DNA from: Candidatus Poribacteria bacterium
GTDB taxonomy: Bacteria > Poribacteria > WGA-4E > WGA-3G
Assembly: GCA_964291315.2 (NCBI GenBank)
Contig: OZ219753.1
Location: 1,696,001 to 1,760,000, forward strand
Direction of reading: 5' to 3'
Length of the DNA stretch: 64,000 nucleotides
Positions 1 through 8,641 of this stretch are shown here, one piece after another (within the stretch, counting starts at the first letter, position 1; each line of letters begins with the position of its first letter). The translations under genes were made by a program, and so were the position numbers. The notes under the pieces were generated by a model. That model worked only from the letters and a program-made list of their open reading frames with translations, had not been told where the DNA came from and ran no database searches.

Positions 1-779
1 TCAGTAGCTCTTTCGCAATCTCCAATCTGTTTTTTATAAATGTAAGCCAAATGGAACGCGTAAAATTATCGTTGTATTGGAAAGAGTCATTTTCTGTATT
101 ATACGGCGGGTCGATGTAGATGAGCTTGACCTGTCCGCGGAATTGCTGCTTGAGCGTGTGGAGCGCGATGAGATTGTTGCCTTTGATAATGAGGTTCTCA
201 CGAATAACCCCGTTCTCATCTCGCTTCAGTTCTCCCACACCACTTTCGGTATACTTATCATGAAATACCCCCCCCGCTTTTGTCAACCAGAATATCAGAC
301 GTATAACGCCGCCAACTCGTCAGAACCTTCGGATCAAACAGCCGATCTATCTCGTCCTGGGCAAGCACCTCATTGAAAAATATCTCCACACGCTGCTCTT
401 CTTCGCGCGTCTGCCCGCCTTCCAGAACGCAGTCTTTGTAAGGCCAAACCAGCGACACTTCACCGCGTTCTCGGAGGTATTTGCCGCCGATATTCAAGCC
501 GATTTTATTTCGGAAACGGGTGTAGGAATTGGCGAGGAAGTTTTTATCGGTAATATAGTCAACGAAGGTATTGTGATTGAAGACCCAATGTCCTTCAATC
601 TGATTAAAGAAGGTTTTCTTGATCTCTGTGTCGGTGATGAGTAATCTGATGAGGTTGTGGTCGAGTCTCCAAGCGTGTTCTCTGACAGCGGCGAGGACGA
701 GTTCGCCTGCGTCGTCGAGAAAATCAGTGTCAGTTTTGAGGAGTGCTGCCAGTCTCTGATTGAAGTTGTGTTTCGGCAT
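1..779 (-). CDS. mod: Type III restriction-modification DNA methyltransferase (Mod subunit), 5' part; frameshifted at a G8 tract (268-275); runs off the window edge
   Basis: ORF 258..866 (likely start ATG 779, MPKHNF) has the Mod N-terminus (SYTRFRNKIGL, LVWPYKDCVLEGGQ, EIFFNEVLAQDEIDRLFDPKVL). After the tract another frame continues ENLIIKGNNLIALHTLKQQFRGQVKLIYIDPPYNT, with DPPY at 101-112. Confidence 0.85.
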
Positions 780-950
780 AAGCGGAATAACCTTTATTGC
801 ATTAAGATAGTAATCGGTTGAGAAATAGCCAACAGTCGTCTTCACATTGAATCGAGTCAGGATCATTAATTATCTGTGGCAGTAGACTTAGAACAGGTTT
901 CACCGTAGCTTTGGGATTGTTGGGTGCCGGTAAAGCGTCGTCAGGCAAGT

Positions 951-1841
951 TTATTTTTTGATGAGCAGCAAGCCCTCTTGCGTTGCACACATCAACGTTT
1001 CATCATCTGGCAAAAACGTTAATTCTCGGATACTTCCTTCCGGAACCGGAAACGAGGATGTAGGCTCATGAGTGTCCATATCCCATAATTGTAGATACCG
1101 ATCTCGCCCGCCGCTCGCGAGGATGTCACCCTTTCTCGAAAACGCCAGGGCATTGATAGAATCCGTGTGCGCTCTTAAGTTGGTGAGAAGACTTTGACTG
1201 GCCACGTCCCACAACCGAACGAGGGCATCTGATCCGCCACTGGCGAGGATTTCGCTGTTTTTGGAAAACGCCAGAGCTAACACAAGCCCATCGTGTGTTG
1301 AGAAAGATGACAAAAATGCGCCCGTCTCAGCCTGCCACAATCGGACTCTACCGTCCGAGCTGCCACTTGCTAGCGTTTTACCGTCTGGAGAAAACGCCAA
1401 ACTTCTGATGTGTCCCGGATTCTCATGAGAGGTAGCAAGTAACCTTTCTGTACGCGGGTCCCAGCTCGGGAGCGGAATGCCATCCGGGGCGGAAGATGCC
1501 AGCGCTTGTACCAGATTGGAATCTCCTGCAATCGTTAGAAATTCGCGCGCCGTGCCGGTATCCCATAACCGGAGGGTCCTATCTTCACTGCCGCTGGCGA
1601 GCACCGAGTTACCTGGGGCAAATGCCAAAGCTCGGACCCGTTCTGTATATCCTGAGAGCATTGCGAATTGCGCCCCGGTGGCTGCATCGTATACCCAAAT
1701 CCTGCCTTCACCGCCCGCGGCGACCCGCGTACCGTCAGATGAGAATGCAAGACTCGTCACCTGCTTCTTATCCAATCTTGATTTAAGTCCGGGCGGTAAT
1801 TCAGATTGGATGGAATTCTGGAACATCGCTTTTTCTGACAT
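951..1841 (-). CDS. WD40 repeat protein
   Basis: Repeated SLAFSPDG..LASGS.D..VRLWD units. Confidence 0.9.
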   Translation of the reverse strand: MSEKAMFQNSIQSELPPGLKSRLDKKQVTSLAFSSDGTRVAAGGEGRIWVYDAATGAQFAMLSGYTERVRALAFAPGNSVLASGSEDRTLRLWDTGTAREFLTIAGDSNLVQALASSAPDGIPLPSWDPRTERLLATSHENPGHIRSLAFSPDGKTLASGSSDGRVRLWQAETGAFLSSFSTHDGLVLALAFSKNSEILASGGSDALVRLWDVASQSLLTNLRAHTDSINALAFSRKGDILASGGRDRYLQLWDMDTHEPTSSFPVPEGSIRELTFLPDDETLMCATQEGLLLIKK

Positions 1842-1914
1842 AATATCTTCTCCTCATCCGCAAAATGTAATGAAATCTAAAGCAAAGACTAATTCTGCCG
1901 CACGGGGGCAAAAC

Positions 1915-2940
1915 TTAGTCCGATGTCCAATCTAAAATGACCCCTGTATAGACATGGGGTTGATCGAGAAGCCCGTCGTAAGCTAGCTTAATCTGCTCCG
2001 GTTTGAGCCGGTGAGAAATTAAAGGCTCGACGTGTAGCTGCCGCCGCGCCATCCAGTCGAAAATAGTCTGCTGTTTACGCCACTGTGAGGTCCGGTTACC
2101 GATATCAGCATACATCGGAACGCACCATTCCAATGCCCCCCGGATGGTAATCCACCGCAGATGTGTGTCCGAGAGAAGCTCGGTCAGATTGCCCTCAACG
2201 CTAACGCGCGGCGAACCGAGGAGGATGATCTGCCCGTGGTTAGCCGTCGCTTTGAGCGCCTGCATCACCACGGCACTGTGCCCGACAGCGTCAACAGTAA
2301 TATCGCCGAGGGCGCCGTTCGTAATCTCCTGAATCTGTGCAGCTGTTTCGTCAGCAGTGCCACCGACGGTGTCAGAAATACCGCACTGCTGCGCAAGCAG
2401 TCGTCTTTCGGCTACCGGGTCCACACCGATAACACGGCAGCCCTGAATCTGAAACATCTGGGATGCCAAATTTCCGACGAGCCCCAACCCGAAGACAACA
2501 ACCCAGGGGTTCATACCGATCTCACTAACGACAAGCGCTGTCATCGCGACACCCGCCATGCGTGACGCAGCGACGACAGCCGGATCCATCGCCTGCCTCA
2601 CCGGGGCTACCAGTCGATCTTGGGAATACCGGATCGTTGAAGCGTGTCGTCCGTAAGTAAAAACCCGGTCCCCTGGCGCAGCACGCGTAACACCGGGCCC
2701 GATGTCACGAACAATACCGACATTCGCATAGCCAGAGCGCCACGGATATTCACACCACGTCCCCTTTTGAAAAACCTTCGGTTCTCTTCCAGTATAATTC
2801 GCTAGCTCTGTTCCGCTACTGATAAAGGTATATTCCGTGTCTATCAGAAGCTCATCGGCATCAAGTACAGACACATCCATCTCGGCAGTCTGGAGCTCCA
2901 CTTGCTTCTGACCCGTTACAACGACTTCTCTGATTTTCAT
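1915..2940 (-). CDS. Zinc-binding/MDR alcohol dehydrogenase family oxidoreductase
   Basis: ISSGTE and GYANVG motifs, Rossmann VFGLGLVG, C-terminal PLISHR. Confidence 0.88.
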   Translation of the reverse strand: MKIREVVVTGQKQVELQTAEMDVSVLDADELLIDTEYTFISSGTELANYTGREPKVFQKGTWCEYPWRSGYANVGIVRDIGPGVTRAAPGDRVFTYGRHASTIRYSQDRLVAPVRQAMDPAVVAASRMAGVAMTALVVSEIGMNPWVVVFGLGLVGNLASQMFQIQGCRVIGVDPVAERRLLAQQCGISDTVGGTADETAAQIQEITNGALGDITVDAVGHSAVVMQALKATANHGQIILLGSPRVSVEGNLTELLSDTHLRWITIRGALEWCVPMYADIGNRTSQWRKQQTIFDWMARRQLHVEPLISHRLKPEQIKLAYDGLLDQPHVYTGVILDWTSD

Positions 2941-3263
2941 GCTGCTTCCTTTTGTTTTGATTCTTTAAGTTCTGCTTGTTTGATTGTGCGAATTAGTTTT
3001 TGCGTTCGCTTATATCTCACGAGCCCGACAAAGAAGGTAGCGATTCCGATCAAAATGAAAATAACACCGATTGCCTCGACGATGTGTGAGTCGAATACCT
3101 TGAGATGCACAAAGGAGAGCCCTGCGACGAACAGTGTTAATGCTGTACGGATATATGCGAGGAAAGTTCGCTCGTTCGCGAGAATAGTTCGGTCCGCGGC
3201 GAGATGATCTCGCAAAATCAGCTGCCCTTCCAAACCTATGTAAGCTTTTGATTGATCTGTCAT
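2937..3263 (-). CDS. DUF202/YidH family inner membrane protein
   Basis: RDHLAADRTILANERTFLAYIRT signature plus two TM helices; start overlaps into the next gene's frame (ATGA coupling at 2937-2940). Confidence 0.88.
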   Translation of the reverse strand: MTDQSKAYIGLEGQLILRDHLAADRTILANERTFLAYIRTALTLFVAGLSFVHLKVFDSHIVEAIGVIFILIGIATFFVGLVRYKRTQKLIRTIKQAELKESKQKEAA

Positions 3264-3282
3264 GCGCACCTCCCTGGCTTTG

Positions 3283-3690
3283 TCAAAACAAGAAATTTAA
3301 TGTAAAGACACCGGCGATCCATCCGTAGAGCATCCACATGTGCCGCAATCTTTTCGCTGTTTTCCGGTACTCTGTTGTATAGTGCGCCGGATTTTGGAAA
3401 TAGAGCGTCAACCGTCTTGACGATGATAAATCTATCTTCGGCGTTGAGAAACTCACAACAATGCCAAATACAACGAGCAGGATGAGATTCAGGGTAGGCA
3501 CACTGCTGAGAATCACACCAAACACCACCCAACGGCACCTTGAGACACTGCTCAATGCATCTGCCCGTGCTATGCCTGTTAATGATTCTGCGCGACACAC
3601 GCTAGCCCTCGTACCGTATGTTTTTCCGTTATCGCCCGTGATCCTAGCAACGTCAGAATAACAGAGATGCTCCAGAAAACAGGCACGCAA
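3283..3690 (-). pseudogene. Small membrane protein with an apparently degraded 5' end
   Basis: The C-terminal half looks protein-like (TM segment, then YTTEYRKTAKRLR..YGW). A signal-peptide-like stretch (LLKPTAALWVACLFSGASLLF*) lies in another frame and there is no clean start. Confidence 0.35.
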
Positions 3691-3972
3691 CCCAGAGAGC
3701 AGCCGTAGGTTTCAAAAGCGGAGAATCTGCTAACGCATGAGAATTCCCGCGTTCCTTTGGACCCGAAGATAAACTTTTATTTTTCTATCTAGCAAACTTC
3801 TCCAGCAAACAGAGCTTCCAACCATCTTAATATTATTATATCAAATTTTCCGTTTAATTCAAAATGATTTTTATACGGATTGTCAGCCCTCGGTAGTTAG
3901 AAGAGATCGGCGCGGTTTTTCTGCTCTGTCCCGCTCGAAAACTGAACGCCCTTCAAAATTTGTGGGTGCTCC

Positions 3973-4002
3973 TTGACACCGATGTCTCTCTTATGCTATA
4001 CT
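3973..4002 (+). promoter_or_regulatory. Sigma70-type promoter with extended -10
   Basis: TTGACA (3973), 18 nt spacer ending in TG-C, TATACT (3997), upstream of ATG 4087. Confidence 0.6.
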
Positions 4003-4086
4003 AAAAACACGTCACAAGTTGTCAGTTGTCAGCAGAACGACTTGCAGCTGATGATTATTTACCAAAGAAATGGAGCAGATAATCTG

Positions 4087-4698
4087 ATGGATTTCAAACA
4101 AGCATTAGACAACAAGATCGCAGACTTTAACTTACTCAATCACCCATTTTATCAAGCTTGGAGTGCGGGCGAATTGCCTCGCAACGCCCTGCGTTCCTAT
4201 GCCCGTGAATACGGCGCTTTTATAGCCACTGTGCCGAACGGATGGCAAACAATCGGCGACGCCGAAACCGCCGCGGAGGAAGTCGAACACATCGATTTAT
4301 GGGCAGATTTCGCTACGGGCCTCGGCACCACTGTCTCTGAAGCAGAGATTCCGCAGGTGAAAACCCTCGTCGAAACCGCAAAGACGCTCTTCTCTGAACC
4401 TGCAACAGCCCTGGGAGCACTCTATGCCTTCGAAGCACAGCAACCAGCAACAGCACAATCAAAATTGGCAGGCCTGAAAACGTTCTACCAGCTTCCCAAA
4501 ACAGTAGAGCCGTACTTTGAAACGCATGCACGCAACGATCACGAGGCGGAAATGCTGCTAGCACACAGCGCTGAATTGCCATCACACGCACGCGACACCG
4601 TTATCCAAGCGTGTGAACAGATGAGCACCGCTTTATGGGACGCCCTCACAGGAATCTACGATGCAGAATGCGCAGGAGACAGTAAAGACGTATTTTAA
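4087..4698 (+). CDS. CADD/PqqC/TenA-like heme-oxygenase-fold diiron enzyme
   Basis: LLNHPFYQAWSAGEL, EEVEHIDLW, ALYAFEAQQP, YFETHARNDH; GGAG RBS before ATG 4087. Confidence 0.8.
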   Translation: MDFKQALDNKIADFNLLNHPFYQAWSAGELPRNALRSYAREYGAFIATVPNGWQTIGDAETAAEEVEHIDLWADFATGLGTTVSEAEIPQVKTLVETAKTLFSEPATALGALYAFEAQQPATAQSKLAGLKTFYQLPKTVEPYFETHARNDHEAEMLLAHSAELPSHARDTVIQACEQMSTALWDALTGIYDAECAGDSKDVF

Positions 4699-5047
4699 CG
4701 CACTCGTTGCCAAAGATGCAGAAATCCTCACCGCCATGATGCTACCGGCTTCTCACTACATCAAGATCGGCACCGATGCTGATGAAGTTGTTGAGGGCAG
4801 CACAGAAATCGCCGCATATTACCGAAATCACGTCGCAAGCACCGAGGATTTCAGCATTACTTTTATTGACCTCAAGGTTCAGGAACGCGACAAGGTCGCA
4901 TGGTTCTATACACGCCAAATTTGGAAACTCAGCTGGCAAGGCACACCGGAGGAATTCGTGATGCGGATGACAGGCGTCTTGGAAAATGTTGACGCGGCTT
5001 GGAAATTCGCGCAGATTCACGCCTCAATCGGCGTTCCGATCGCTTAA
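4661..5047 (+). CDS. NTF2/SnoaL-like domain protein
   Basis: IGTDADE..EG and RMTGVLE..WKFAQIHAS motifs. Confidence 0.8.
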   Translation: MQNAQETVKTYFNALVAKDAEILTAMMLPASHYIKIGTDADEVVEGSTEIAAYYRNHVASTEDFSITFIDLKVQERDKVAWFYTRQIWKLSWQGTPEEFVMRMTGVLENVDAAWKFAQIHASIGVPIA

Positions 5048-5065
5048 TCTCTAACGGAGAAACTT

Positions 5066-5773
5066 TTGCAAATTTCAGCGATCTCTTTCGACGGCGATAT
5101 GACGCTCTGGGATTTTCATAAGGTGATGCGTCATTCGCTCAAATGCACATTGGCGGTGCTGCAGAGAGAGCATCCAACGCCGCGCATCCTAGAACTGACA
5201 ATCGACAAAATGATCGCTATTCGCGAGCAATACGCTAACCAAGTAAAAGGGCGAGTTTGGAATTTAGAAGAAATCAGACGAGGGGCATTTGAACGAACGC
5301 TTGAACAGGCCGGGCTCCCAGATAAAGACCTCGCCGCCCATTTGAACGCGATATATCTGAAACATCGGTTTGAAGATATAGAGTTGTATCCGGATGTTCG
5401 TCTGACCTTTGAAATTCTGGCACCGCACTTCAAATTGGGACTGCTCTCGAACGGGAATACCTACCCAGAGAGCTGTGGACTTGACGAACACTTCGCTTTT
5501 GTTGTTTTTTCCCAAGATGTGCAAGTGGAGAAGCCAGATCCGAGAATTTTCTACATAGCCGCGGAACGCGCAGGCTGCCCATTAACCGAGATGTTACACG
5601 TGGGAGACTCGCTTAAAAATGACATCGCAGGGGCACGCAACGTTGGGATAACCTCTGTCTGGCTCAATCGTGACAACCTATCGAGCAATACAGAAATACA
5701 ACCTGACTATGAAGTGGCTTCATTGGCAAAAATCCCCATGCTTTTGGGCATGGAACTGGAGATTCCGCAATAG
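5066..5773 (+). CDS. HAD-superfamily hydrolase
   Basis: FDGDMTL, LLSNGN, KPDPRIF, HVGDSLKNDIAGA. Confidence 0.9.
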   Translation: MQISAISFDGDMTLWDFHKVMRHSLKCTLAVLQREHPTPRILELTIDKMIAIREQYANQVKGRVWNLEEIRRGAFERTLEQAGLPDKDLAAHLNAIYLKHRFEDIELYPDVRLTFEILAPHFKLGLLSNGNTYPESCGLDEHFAFVVFSQDVQVEKPDPRIFYIAAERAGCPLTEMLHVGDSLKNDIAGARNVGITSVWLNRDNLSSNTEIQPDYEVASLAKIPMLLGMELEIPQ

Positions 5774-5875
5774 TTGATAAGTGAGACTCTCGCTCACGCC
5801 TTACATTCCTTACGTTACGGACTTTTGTCGCCTTCTGTTTGCAAAAAACAAGGCCTTTATGCTATCATAGTGAGC

Positions 5876-6784
5876 ATGGAAAGCACAAACGGCGCTTCTA
5901 CGAAAAATATCCTGAATATCACAAAGCCAAAAGAATCTCGAACCGCGCTTTTAAAAAGCATAGAAAGCGGGGCGCCGCAGGCATTCCAAAGACTCCTTCA
6001 AGATTATTGGACATGGCATTTTGATGAATCTTTGTGGGAGGCAGCCCGGCTGCTACTCAGCGCAGACCTGGGTTGGGAGACAACGCCTCAATTGACAACA
6101 CCGCCCGTGGGGGAGGTTATCTCGCCGCTGGGTTACGCCCTCGTACAGGAGGATAAAAACGTCCGGGACGCTGCGATGCAGGCATTGGATGCTACCGTCT
6201 ATATTTCTCCGGGGATAGTCTTCCTCGGTGAGGAGCACATACCGTTAGACATCGACGAATTTACGATAGGAGTCTATCCCGTAACCAACGCGCAATACCA
6301 ACGATTCGTTCAAGATACTGGACACACACCACCACAAGATTGGAGAGACGATAGGTATCCAGAGCACAGAGGCGATCATCCCGTTGTATGGGTTACATAT
6401 GAAGATGCAGCAGCATACGCCAGATACATGGGCGCCAGACTGCCAACGTTTCAGGAGTGGCAATACGCTGCCCGCGGCACTGATGATAGACTCTTCCCGT
6501 GGGGATCTGAAATTGACAAACCGCGGTGCAATACCGCTGAACTCGGCGCAGGAACGACAACGCCAGTCGTCGCCTTTAGAGAAGGAGCCAGCCCCTTCGG
6601 ATGCTACGATATGGTCGGCAACGTCTGGGAGTGGACAGACACGACTTATGACGATGCAGGAAACTTCCGGGTCGCATGTGGCGGGGCATGGTATTACAAC
6701 CACGATTATAGCACATGCACAAGTTACGATTTCTTCAGCAACCAATATGCAGAGTTCGTGATCGGCTTCCGCATCGCGCACTGA
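5876..6784 (+). CDS. Formylglycine-generating enzyme (SUMF1/FGE-sulfatase) domain protein
   Basis: PVTNAQY, HPVVWV, RLPT..EW.YAARG, YDMVGNVWEW, IGFR. Confidence 0.88.
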   Translation: MESTNGASTKNILNITKPKESRTALLKSIESGAPQAFQRLLQDYWTWHFDESLWEAARLLLSADLGWETTPQLTTPPVGEVISPLGYALVQEDKNVRDAAMQALDATVYISPGIVFLGEEHIPLDIDEFTIGVYPVTNAQYQRFVQDTGHTPPQDWRDDRYPEHRGDHPVVWVTYEDAAAYARYMGARLPTFQEWQYAARGTDDRLFPWGSEIDKPRCNTAELGAGTTTPVVAFREGASPFGCYDMVGNVWEWTDTTYDDAGNFRVACGGAWYYNHDYSTCTSYDFFSNQYAEFVIGFRIAH

Positions 6785-6827
6785 TGCTATACTGGACTCC
6801 CGAGGGCTTCCTGCTTATGAGGGGAAA

Positions 6828-7382
6828 GTGATGACACAGAAAAAAAACGAGGCAACGCGCTCTTTAAAGCCTAACGATACCGAGGTGGCCTCCACTGCTT
6901 TACAGAAGCAACTCATCCAACGCGGACGTGTCGATATTCATACGCATCAGGCCGCGGCGAAGCATCTGAAACAGGGAGCAGATGCCCTAAAACGCCGAGA
7001 TTATGAGAAAGCAATTGAAGAATTTCAGCACGTCATTCAACATAACACTGAATCAGCAGAGGCACACTTCCACCTCGGTTTAGCTTACTTCATGACCGAG
7101 GATTATGAAAGCGCAATAGACGCTTACAAAATGGCGGTAGTATGCGAACCCAGCGGAGCAACAGCATATCTGAATCTCGCAGCAACTTATCGCTTGCTCA
7201 AACGTTACGATGAAGCAATTGAGGTCTACACACGCGCCATTCAGTTCATTCCAAACCATCCTCAATTGCATTCCGAGCTCGGAGCAGTTTATACATTTCA
7301 AGGAAGACGGCGGGAAGCCGTCACAGCATACAAAACAGCGATGCGACTTAAATTGCAACTCGCCGCAAACGCGGCTTCATAG
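6828..7382 (+). CDS. Tetratricopeptide repeat protein
   Basis: About four TPR units (AHFHLGLAY, AYLNLAATY, HSELGAVY). Confidence 0.85.
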   Translation: MMTQKKNEATRSLKPNDTEVASTALQKQLIQRGRVDIHTHQAAAKHLKQGADALKRRDYEKAIEEFQHVIQHNTESAEAHFHLGLAYFMTEDYESAIDAYKMAVVCEPSGATAYLNLAATYRLLKRYDEAIEVYTRAIQFIPNHPQLHSELGAVYTFQGRRREAVTAYKTAMRLKLQLAANAAS

Positions 7383-7432
7383 AGCAGACGCTAAACAGAA
7401 AAACACCTGCATACTTCACGGAGTCAGTAGCC

Positions 7433-8050
7433 ATGACGGACGACATCATATTTGTTTCAGACGAAGATTTGATGCTGAAATGCGGTAAAGGAGATATGAG
7501 CGCATTTGAGCTGTTAGTGCGACGTTATCAAAAACCATTGATTAACTACATTCATCGCTCTATCAACGATTACCATTGCGCCGAAGACCTCTCCCAAGAA
7601 ACGTTCCTACGCGTCTTTAAAAGTGCAGACCGCTATAAGCCGACAGCGTCATTCAAAACTTGGCTCTACACTATTGCCACCAACTTGTGTCGAAACGAGA
7701 TACGGAACCGGTCACGACGCAAAACATACTATCTTGAAGACTTTGTTGAGGAAGGCGAAGATGTTTATCATACAGAGATAATGCATGATACACGTTATAT
7801 GCCGGATGTGCTGTTAGAGAAAAAGGAACTGCGGCAAATGATACGTAAAGCCCTCGCACAATTGCCAGAAAATCAACGCGTAGCCCTAACACTTGTCACC
7901 TACCAAGATTTACGTTATGAAGAGGTTTCAGAAATTCTGGGATGCTCAGTCGGTGCTGTGAAGGCATTAATTCACCGGGCTCGACAAAAAATGAGAAAAA
8001 TGCTCATCAAAGCCGGCATAGCAGACGAAAACAGCAATGGAAAAATATAA
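7433..8050 (+). CDS. ECF RNA polymerase sigma factor
   Basis: Region 2 AEDLSQETFLR/FKTWLYTIATN; region 4 LPENQR..Y.EVSEILGCSVGAVKALIHRAR. Confidence 0.93.
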   Translation: MTDDIIFVSDEDLMLKCGKGDMSAFELLVRRYQKPLINYIHRSINDYHCAEDLSQETFLRVFKSADRYKPTASFKTWLYTIATNLCRNEIRNRSRRKTYYLEDFVEEGEDVYHTEIMHDTRYMPDVLLEKKELRQMIRKALAQLPENQRVALTLVTYQDLRYEEVSEILGCSVGAVKALIHRARQKMRKMLIKAGIADENSNGKI

Positions 8051-8636
8051 AACCACATTCACACATGGACACCCCGCAGAATGTGAAGCGCGAATTGCCA
8101 ACCGGGCTGAACTGTCTGCCTATATTGATAAAGAATTACCGCCATGGAAACGCTACCTCATTCAGAAACACCTCAAAAAATGCAAAGCCTGTGCTCTTTA
8201 CGTACAGCAATTGCAAAAAACCAACACGTTTCTATGCCAAGGCGGAGACGTAGAGACCTCTGTCGACTTTTTGGAAGGTGTTATGGCACGTGTATCGGAG
8301 AGAACCCAACATCAACGACAACATATCTCGTTTTGGTCCCGCTTTGCGCGACACGCGGAACCTCGCCTTCGCTGGTTGCAACACGCCACAATATTAGCTT
8401 ACAAACTCCGCCACAATATTCAAACGCGGAGCCCGATCTACATATTTGCTTTAACCTTCTGTGTCTTCACGATGGTCGGTGTAACGCTTTACCCCACTCG
8501 TAGCGACCGACTTGGACAATCTGCACAGGCATGGAAAAAGTTGGATGCGCTACACAACGAAAAATTCATTCCGTTTGAGGTTATTCATCTAGAGTCGCCT
8601 AAACGTTTACTAACGACCGCCTTTCATCAGAAATAG
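8037..8636 (+). CDS. Zinc-binding (ZAS/zf-HC2) transmembrane anti-sigma factor
   Basis: LSAYIDKEL...HLKKCKAC (HxxxCxxC), one TM helix, overlaps the sigma gene. Confidence 0.85.
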   Translation: MEKYKTTFTHGHPAECEARIANRAELSAYIDKELPPWKRYLIQKHLKKCKACALYVQQLQKTNTFLCQGGDVETSVDFLEGVMARVSERTQHQRQHISFWSRFARHAEPRLRWLQHATILAYKLRHNIQTRSPIYIFALTFCVFTMVGVTLYPTRSDRLGQSAQAWKKLDALHNEKFIPFEVIHLESPKRLLTTAFHQK

Positions 8637-8641
8637 ACGAT

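Noticed and set aside
5876-6784. FGE/C-type-lectin-fold gene as a diversity-generating retroelement target
   Set aside because: No reverse transcriptase and no template repeat differing at adenines was seen in the window
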